This document shows, piece by piece, positions 56,717 to 64,000 of a DNA stretch of 64,000 nucleotides (position 1 is its first letter; every line of letters begins with the position of its first letter). Origin of the DNA: Diplonema japonicum. Its lineage: Eukaryota > Protista > Euglenozoa: Diplonemea. A model generated the notes under the pieces. That model worked only from the letters and a program-made list of their open reading frames with translations, was not told the origin of the DNA and did no database searches. A program made the translations under genes and the position numbers. Where the stretch lies: NCBI GenBank assembly GCA_964019335.1, contig OZ025693.1:186001-250000 (forward strand), read 5' to 3'.

Positions 56717-58798
56717 TTAGTCCATTTTTCGAGCCCCACTGAGGCCTTTTTTTTTCGGTTTCGGGGCCATTTTCGAGACCGACATTCCACCAGCCGGTTT
56801 TTTAAGAGTGGGTTTTGCCACTGGGGGAGCTGTCTCAACAGGCGTGTCGGGGGGTGTGGGGGGCAACGATGACGACGCACCCCACCCATCTTCTTCATCG
56901 AGATCAATCCCGTCGGGATCCTCTGAATGCTCCTCTTTAGTCGGAGTTTGCCTCACAGGTTGCTGAGATAACACAGGAGGTTCGATTTGCCTGGCAGCAG
57001 ATTTTTGACTGCCTTGAGACGGTGTAGGAGAAATCTCAGGTTTCCCATTTACAGACCCTTGGCTTGAGCTCATTTTGCTCACAACACCTGACGCCCACGA
57101 CATATAATTGCTTGCGGGAGATTCAGGTTGTTGAGAAGAAGGTGTGGTGGGGCCTCTTTGTCCTCCGCTTTCATGAAACGCCTCGACTTTTGCAACAAAA
57201 GCATGAACAGCTTTGAATGCTTTGACACGAACATCTTTCTCGGCGTCGACAAGGCAGGGTGTCAACGATGGAAGAACACCCTGCGCGATCAAGGGTGGAT
57301 CGAAATATTCCGCAGTCGCGATGTAACCCCCGAGACCCGCCACCCTTGAGTGGCTGAATCTGTCTTTCAACATTCTGGAAAACGCTTTGTGAAGCGTGAC
57401 GGAACGGTCGTGCGCAGGGAGGGATCCAGCGATCATCCCCAAGCAGATGGTTGCGTTTGTTCGAATACCGCCTTCAACATCACCTTGAAGTTTGAGAAGA
57501 TGCTTCACAACCTCATCGACCAACGCAGCGTTCAACGAGGGAACCACGGATATCATCGCCTTAATAGTTAGCTCTCGAATTTCGGGAACCTTGTTTGTAA
57601 AACCCTGAACGAGATACTGCCAAATCTCTGTTGCGAGAACGTGTTTAGGTATCGCACCGGCGAACTTACCGATACTTTGAAGTAGTTTAATCCTGATTAT
57701 CGGTTCTGGAGACGCGAAAAGTTGTACAACCCCCGGAACAACTAATGTGGTGTATTCACTTTCATTGAGCTTCTCACCGATACGGAGAATTGGTTCCAAT
57801 GCCGAAGCACCTCCTGATCCGAATTGCAGCGCTGTTGTGAGTTTTGGGAGGATCGTGAACTTGCAATTAGCTGGCGGGAATGTGTCCACCAATCCGGCGA
57901 GCCTTCTGAAGAATGAGTCGCGTTCGGGTTGGTCCTTGAGCGACAGCTCGTCGATTTCTTTTTGAACAGCGATGAAAGTGTTTTCCGAATAGTATGTGCA
58001 GTTTGTTAACAGTTTCAACGGGTTTGTTCGTACCTTCGGCTGCGCTGCGAGAAGTCCAGTGTACGACGACATTAACGAACGGGGGACACCCTTTGCAGTT
58101 TTCATCTTGCTGATCTCGACATCTTCTAATGGACCGACGAAAATCTCATACAACAAGCACGCCACACCCCAAGCATCGACAGCGTGTGCGGGAGATTTTT
58201 CTATTAACGCCCAGTTTTCCTGTTCCAGCTCGGGTGGTTTGTACTTTTTGTCGAGGTGCAAATCGTAGACTTTGAAGTAAGACGCCGATGAGGAGTCCGA
58301 GATGTTCGTTACGAATTCAAGGTTCCATAGTTTCCAATCCCCTGATTTGGTACAGTATATAGAGCGTCTGTTGCAATTTGCGTGGATAAGAGAACGCTTG
58401 TGAAGATGAGTCAGGGCTTGAATGATGCAGTAGGTCCCGTATGCGATAAATTCCTCGCGGGTTTCTTCTCCTGTGAATTCCGAGTTTGTTAAGGCGTCTG
58501 CTAGCGATACACATTCTTCAGTTGCGATGTAGTACACGGTGGGTGTATCCACTGCGTCTAGGCATTTCAAAAAGCCCGGGAGCATTAGAGTTTTTGATTT
58601 TTTCCATGCGTTGCTTACCAGTTCGACTGCGTCGCCCTTCTTTTGGTATTCGAAGATGCTTACCTTTACACCGTCTTTTTGCCGTGTGCCTTCCCTTTGC
58701 GTCCAAAATTGATTGCCCTCGCTGGCTTGGACCACCTCTCCTATGTCGTACGGGAAGTCTTTAATCCCTCCTATGCCTAGCCATTTACCGAAATTCAT
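56717..58798 (-). CDS. SCYL1: SCY1-like pseudokinase with HEAT repeats
   Basis: DFPYDIGE, VSIF, IATE, SGDWKL, GIRTNATICLG; C-terminal RKMD* resembles the COPI-binding RKxx motif. Confidence 0.92.
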   Translation of the reverse strand: MNFGKWLGIGGIKDFPYDIGEVVQASEGNQFWTQREGTRQKDGVKVSIFEYQKKGDAVELVSNAWKKSKTLMLPGFLKCLDAVDTPTVYYIATEECVSLADALTNSEFTGEETREEFIAYGTYCIIQALTHLHKRSLIHANCNRRSIYCTKSGDWKLWNLEFVTNISDSSSASYFKVYDLHLDKKYKPPELEQENWALIEKSPAHAVDAWGVACLLYEIFVGPLEDVEISKMKTAKGVPRSLMSSYTGLLAAQPKVRTNPLKLLTNCTYYSENTFIAVQKEIDELSLKDQPERDSFFRRLAGLVDTFPPANCKFTILPKLTTALQFGSGGASALEPILRIGEKLNESEYTTLVVPGVVQLFASPEPIIRIKLLQSIGKFAGAIPKHVLATEIWQYLVQGFTNKVPEIRELTIKAMISVVPSLNAALVDEVVKHLLKLQGDVEGGIRTNATICLGMIAGSLPAHDRSVTLHKAFSRMLKDRFSHSRVAGLGGYIATAEYFDPPLIAQGVLPSLTPCLVDAEKDVRVKAFKAVHAFVAKVEAFHESGGQRGPTTPSSQQPESPASNYMSWASGVVSKMSSSQGSVNGKPEISPTPSQGSQKSAARQIEPPVLSQQPVRQTPTKEEHSEDPDGIDLDEEDGWGASSSLPPTPPDTPVETAPPVAKPTLKKPAGGMSVSKMAPKPKKKGLSGARKMD

Positions 58799-59132
58799 GT
58801 TTTTTTTTTTGTTAGAAAAAGAAAAGAAGAAAAAAGAAAAGGGAAAAAAAAAAAAAAAAAGGTGCCCTCCCCCTTCTCCCTTTAGAATTGTTACAGTTGC
58901 CTCTAGAATGAGGCGGGGGTGCAGGAGGAATAAGAATCCATGGTGTTGGGATCACTTGCCAAGGAGGAGCAGGTCGACTTGTGGAAGCTTTCGGGGGGGG
59001 ATTGCAGAATAATAATAAAAAGAATTTAACACTTTTTTTTTCTTCTTTCTTTCTTTCTCTGTCTCATTGGTTTTAATTTTCAGTTTTTTTTTTTTTTCCA
59101 TTCCACTCAAAAAAAAAGAGGGGGGGGAGAGA

Positions 59133-59250
59133 AGCTGGTCGTTATTTGTACGTGCCTGGGTAGAAACCTGGAGAAGTTTGTAAACGCGTAAAATCATTTT
59201 GCTATTGGTTTCCCCTTTTATTTAGACAAGTCTGGGACTCGTTCTTGCAC
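59133..59250 (+). repeat. Short dispersed repeat family B, copy 2 (diverged)
   Basis: GTACGTGCCTGGGTAGAAACCTGGAGAAG...TAGACAAGTCTGGGACTCGTTCTTGCAC. Confidence 0.7.
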
Positions 59251-59591
59251 AAAAAGGGGGGGGGGAGAAAAAAAAAGCAGGTAGATATCTCAGAAAGAAA
59301 AAAGAAAGAAAAGACGAAAATAAAAATAAAACGGGATGGGGGGATGGGGAACGAAAAAAAAATGTCTGTTAATGTGTCGTTAAAAAAAAGGGGGGGGGAG
59401 AGAAAGAGAGAAAAGCTACGATGTTTTTGTGCAAAAAAGTTTGGGGGTTCATCTCCCCCACCCCCCAACCTATCTCCTTCATCCAATGGGAAGAAAAAAA
59501 GAGAAAAAAAAAAGAAAAAAACTGTAAGGCTAGTATTTAAAAAAAATCACTCAATTGATGGGGGGGGGGGGGAAATAATCAGTCCTAAGAC

Positions 59592-59628
59592 CTATTCAAG
59601 CACTGCCATCCCGTTTACCATTTTGACA

Positions 59629-59660
<32 letters not shown>

Positions 59661-60983
59661 CCCCTCCCTTCAACATACCGAATCCTTCAGCTGCTGCCCC
59701 AACGCATTAAAAAGTTCGATCTTCTGCCGAGGCTCCATTCGCGTGAAGCACAGCGTGACCACTGAAGAAGCTGCACATATCCCACCATGGTCCGACACAA
59801 AATTGGACACATACACATAAACGAAAAGCGCCATGAGCACCTGACAGTCCATTCGGTCTATCATCCCACCATGACCCGGGATGAGATCTCCGAAATCCTT
59901 AAGATTGAAAGCTCTTTTAAGACCGGACGCGAAAAAACCTCCAAAAGGTGCACCAAGTGACGCGAATGCAGCAAAGGCAATGGAGTGGAGCTGAACGGGT
60001 TTGATCATAACGATCTGCCCGAGCGCGAATTCAAGGAAGTAAGGGACGTCGTAAGGCTGTGCAATGAATGTTTCTGAAGCCTCGCACTCGATTGGGGAGA
60101 GGAAGTGCATTTTGGGGCAGATGAACCGTTTTTGTTTCGACAAAAAATCGGAGAACCAAAACGCCCACAATGTTGTGAAAAACCACGCTCCGAGAAACCC
60201 CTCCCATGTTTTCTTAGGAGAAAGTGTCGGGATCAACGGAACGGACCCGAAAAGCCTTCCGCAAGCGAACGCCCACGAGTCATTGTGAACAACACAGGAA
60301 ATGGGAACCGTGAACCATATCATCCCTTCAAGCATCGTGGAGAAGAAGAAAGACGACATTACAGAAAACGCCAGTAAACCCATGTGTAGCCAACCGAACT
60401 GGTTAAACTGGTACCTGAAAAATTTTTGTTTAGGTTGTTTCTGAACAGTTTGGTTATTCCCACCTCTTCTCTTCAACTTACTCCCCAAGGTGTCGAGCAG
60501 TTTAATAGGTTTCAACGACAACACAAACGCCATAAACCCCAACATATATAAACAAAAAGCGATGAATGTACTGTGCTTTAACCAATCATCAATCCACGGC
60601 CATGTCCGGGCCAACGGCATTCTTAAAGCCTGTATCACTGTAAACCCATTACACACAACAAACATATACCACGGTAACGTGTAGAAACCAGGAAGTTCGT
60701 TTTCCATGTTTCTCTTTCTGTTTATACGCATCACCTCGCGGAACATAAGGATCTGGCAGAACACCACCAGGACGATCCCGAGGGTCTGCCCCACGTACTG
60801 TGTGATTAAGAAGATTCCAACCATCACGAAGGTGAAGATAGTCCGCATGAGGAGGTCGCTGTTTGGTTTTTTTTCCGGCTGTGGCGGCTTCTGCGGCATC
60901 GCAGGCTCATCGCTCTCGCCGAAATCGCTCGAACTCGATGTGGCGGCAGCCGTTTCGGGATCGTGTACCACCCTTCGTCTCAT
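59592..60983 (-). CDS. CDS1: Phosphatidate cytidylyltransferase (CDP-DAG synthase); 2 exons (intron 59631-59678)
   Basis: LSPKKTWEGFLG and APFGGFFASGLKRAFNLKDFGDLIPGHGGMIDRMDCQ. Confidence 0.96.
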
Positions 60984-61086
60984 TTTTTTTTTTTTTTTTT
61001 TTTTTTTTTGTTTCTTCTTCACCCCCCTTTTTTTTTCTTGTCAGAGACCCACCACCGGAAAAAAAAAAAAAAAAAAAAAAAAAGAG

Positions 61087-61200
61087 GAACTGGCCGTTGT
61101 TTGTGCGTGCCGGGTAAAACCTGTAGAAGATTGTCAACCCGAAACACGTTTGCCAACGTTCCCCTTTTGTTTTAGACAAGTCAAAGACTCGTTCTTGCAC
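61087..61200 (+). repeat. Short dispersed repeat family B, copy 3
   Basis: Near-identical to 50345-50442; followed by a long A tract. Confidence 0.85.
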
Positions 61201-61201
61201 G

Positions 61202-61235
<34 letters not shown>

Positions 61236-61367
61236 TTCGGGGGTCGGGTGGGTAATTTTATTTATTTTTTTTTTCTTTCGTTGCTCTTCAAACAATCTTT
61301 TTTTTTTTTTTTTTTAAAACAAAAAAAAAAAAATCATTGCACGGAATCCAAAACAGTTCTTTTCAAT

Positions 61368-61403
<36 letters not shown>

Positions 61404-61696
61404 GTTGCCGCGTGGATTGATAGGGGGTGATGGTGACATGTTTTTATGATGACGAACACTCCCCTGACGTGCAAAGAAGAAGAGTAAACAAAACTAAGAA
61501 AAAGAAAATGGAAAGGGGGGGGGGGGGATATTTTGTTATCCAAACTCTTAGAAGTCCCGACAAAACAAAATGAATGGAAAAAATCATCGGTGGGGGGGGT
61601 TACGTGTGCAGAAGTAAAAGAAAAAAAAGGGGGATAAAATTATGGTTGAACATTGAACACTTTTTTTTTTGTTTTTTTTTTTTTTTTTTCCCGGGT

Positions 61697-61887
61697 CTAG
61701 TGACCACCACCCTGGCGAAGGTTAGCCGGCTTCTCCGCGTCTTTGTGGTAGTTTCCGCTCCACCTTTTTATTTATTTTTTTTTTTTTTTAAAACAAACCT
61801 CGAGGCAGCTGAGCGGGAAATAAGCCAGTTGAGGCCGTACACACCACCAATGGCGGCAACAACACCAGCAGCAATTCTGGCAGGCAT
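61697..61887 (-). CDS. 51-aa single-TM microprotein; 2 exons (intron 61764-61798)
   Basis: Splices to MPARIAAGVVAAIGGVYGLNWLISRSAASRWSGNYHKDAEKPANLRQGGGH*; AAAAAATG start; coding-like composition. Confidence 0.7.
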
Positions 61888-61916
61888 TTTTTGGTTAAAG
61901 TTAAAGGGAGTTCTCT

Positions 61917-61947
<31 letters not shown>

Positions 61948-62377
61948 GGGTTTCTTTTAAAAGGAATGTGGAATAAAAGGGAGAACGAAAAAAAATAGAC
62001 ATTTTTCATTTCTAATTTCCCCTTTTCTTTTTTTTGCAGTTCCCTCCTTCGCTTGCTGCTAAAGTAGGGGGGGGGGGGGGGGGGACTTGATATACCAAAT
62101 ACTCTGTGCACCTAACAAAACAGAAGATAAAAAGAAAACAGAAAAAGAAGAAGAAGAAAAAAAAAGGCAAGGTAAGAATTTTTTAAAGAACTTTTTTTTT
62201 TTCTTTCCCCTGGCAACTGTTCGATTCTAAAAATAAAAATAAAAAAACACAAGGCCCCCCTGTGGGAATGTAGAGGGAAAAAAAAAAAAAAAAAGAGTAG
62301 GTTTTTTTTAGCATTTATTTATACACACGGTATATCCTGGGATAAATACTGCATGTGTTACCACTACTCTTTTTTAC

Positions 62378-62417
62378 TGTATTTAACAAGTACTCTGAGC
62401 AGTACTTGTTAAATACA
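62378..62417. repeat. Perfect 17-bp inverted repeat with 6-nt loop
   Basis: TGTATTTAACAAGTACT-CTGAGC-AGTACTTGTTAAATACA. Confidence 0.9.
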
Positions 62418-62422
62418 AATTG

Positions 62423-62462
<40 letters not shown>

Positions 62463-62536
62463 ATGCGGCGCTTGCTTTGTTTATGCGGCATCAAGTGGAT
62501 TTTAACACAATCGGCGAAGTGCGTTAATAATCCCAA

Positions 62537-62577
<41 letters not shown>

Positions 62578-62681
62578 ACGACAGAAAAAGCATCAAGAGC
62601 CAAACTGCAAAATCGAATAGGTACTAGAGCCCGGATTGTGGAATAAAAAAAAAAAAAAAGGCGCCATGTGAGACCTGCAAC

Positions 62682-62717
<36 letters not shown>

Positions 62718-62858
62718 GAAAGATATCTTGCGGGGCTGAAGGGTGTGTGTGTGTGTGTGTGCGGCCAATTAAATGACGCGAGTTGTGCTATTTCCCAGCA
62801 ACAACATCAAACAAAAAAAAAAAAAAAAAAAAAAAAAACCCTCTCCCTCCCCTCCCTT

Positions 62859-64000
62859 TCAAACAGGCACGACCAAAAATCGCGATATTTGATCAATAAA
62901 CACACGTAGCTCAGCATCGGTCGGAAAACCAAAATGATAAGATTTATCCATAGCCGACTGTGGCCTCCGGGGAGTGGTGGGGTGCACCTCTAACACAAAC
63001 GGAGTAGAAGAAGAAGGAGACGACCGCAAGCGCCGCACCAACTTGGCAGACTTAAGATAACATGTTCCCCTAACTACGGCTTGAGGTGTGGCGTCGGCGA
63101 AGTAATGCAAAAAACCAGCAGGTGTGATGACTATCATACGTTGCTTGTAAGCTTGCTGGCCAAGAACACGTTTCCCAGCACGTTTTGAGAGCCATCCGTT
63201 CCACGAACATCCCAGCACAGCGTCAACATATAACAACGAGCTGAAAAATGATTCGTACCAAATATTCTTGTCCCGCTGGTCCCTCGGCGACGTTATATCC
63301 GTTCCTTGTGCATCGAACAGCGCTTGGTACTCTTCTTCTGTGAGTTCCAACGTGTTGGTTTTCGTTTTGACAGGTGACGATGGTGGTAATGATGCTTCAG
63401 AAGAACCGCTGGGAGATTGCGGAATCCGTATCCATTCCTCTGCTGGGGTTTTTTCGAGTTTTAATATACTGCTCACAACGTGTAGCTGGCTTGCTGCAAT
63501 GCACGGGAGGCAGCATTGCAAGGCTGGTGTTGTTGCTTGGGAAACACGGTCGCCGCGGCCTTCAATTTTCTGTCTGGTTTTTCTCGCAAGGCGTGTGATG
63601 CGGTTCCTCGCCTTTTGGATGTCGATGTCGCACCCGACTTCTTCTTCCGGAGCAACCGACACCGCCAGGACAAGGTTCCCCGTCCCGCCCGGTCCCTTCA
63701 CAACAATATCCTCCACATGATCCACACGGTTCCCCCCGGCTTGGTACTGAAACTTCCGAGCGATTTGTTGGTACGCAAGTTTTCCCTTTACAATTTGAAC
63801 CCTCCCCGCTGGCGACAACGCTGAAATTTCAACAGCCCAGGATTGTCCGTATTGAAGCCGCATTTCACCAAATGCCGATTCATAATCTTCAATATTAAAG
63901 TATATATCAGGGTACGTGTCTTCATATGTGATTTCCTTTCCGTTGTTTGGGCTGCGTACTTTTCTAGGCGATGCGAAGACCTCCTTGGAGACCCAGTGGA
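62859..64000 (-). CDS. KIAA0930/DUF2045-like protein with C-terminal PH domain (5' end outside window)
   Basis: Frame open to the window edge: VFASP...TYPDIYFNIEDYESAFGEM, VKGPGGTG and LQCCL; PH domain WNGWLSKRAG...YKQRMIVI...LHYF...YHFGFPTDAELRVFI. Confidence 0.75.
   Translation of the reverse strand, partial: HWVSKEVFASPRKVRSPNNGKEITYEDTYPDIYFNIEDYESAFGEMRLQYGQSWAVEISALSPAGRVQIVKGKLAYQQIARKFQYQAGGNRVDHVEDIVVKGPGGTGNLVLAVSVAPEEEVGCDIDIQKARNRITRLARKTRQKIEGRGDRVSQATTPALQCCLPCIAASQLHVVSSILKLEKTPAEEWIRIPQSPSGSSEASLPPSSPVKTKTNTLELTEEEYQALFDAQGTDITSPRDQRDKNIWYESFFSSLLYVDAVLGCSWNGWLSKRAGKRVLGQQAYKQRMIVITPAGFLHYFADATPQAVVRGTCYLKSAKLVRRLRSSPSSSTPFVLEVHPTTPRRPQSAMDKSYHFGFPTDAELRVFIDQISRFLVVPV

Noticed and set aside
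60415-60481. Possible internal intron (GTAAGT...) in the CDP-DAG synthase insert
   Set aside because: The candidate acceptors give 41 or 67 nt and break the frame, so it is treated as a coding insertion.
61709-61740. CCCTGGCGAAGGTTAGCCGGC resembling the ingi hallmark start
   Set aside because: It is the antisense of exon 2 of the 51-aa gene, and the rest of the hallmark is absent.

Overview
Compact eukaryotic genomic DNA, most likely from a euglenozoan (diplonemid-like). That call is inference from three things: strictly one-stranded gene order, short GT-AG cis-introns with a GTATG donor, and kinetoplastid-like proteins (La RRM, bacterial-type cardiolipin synthase, myristoylated LRR+DUF1399). 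About 29 host genes lie on the minus strand from ~7.5 kb to the window end, separated by short A/T/G homopolymer-rich spacers. I reconstructed 27 cis-introns by hand: 26 are 32-74 nt, many end in poly(A)-AG, and they cluster strongly at gene 3' ends. Two spliced microgenes are missing from the ORF track. The most striking gene encodes a ~2,030-aa protein with a TRPM-type SLOG (LSDAT) domain, two SLATT/DUF4231-like 2TM modules and a long helical-repeat tail, an architecture otherwise associated with prokaryotic nucleotide-sensing conflict systems. The first 7.2 kb is a transposon graveyard (TA-flanked TIR elements, a CpG-depleted relic, a 5'-truncated LINE). Elsewhere are a decayed piggyBac, a CATAG-ended TIR element carrying a SAP-like ORF, and two families of short dispersed repeats. 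All domain calls are by-eye motif recognition; no searches were run.
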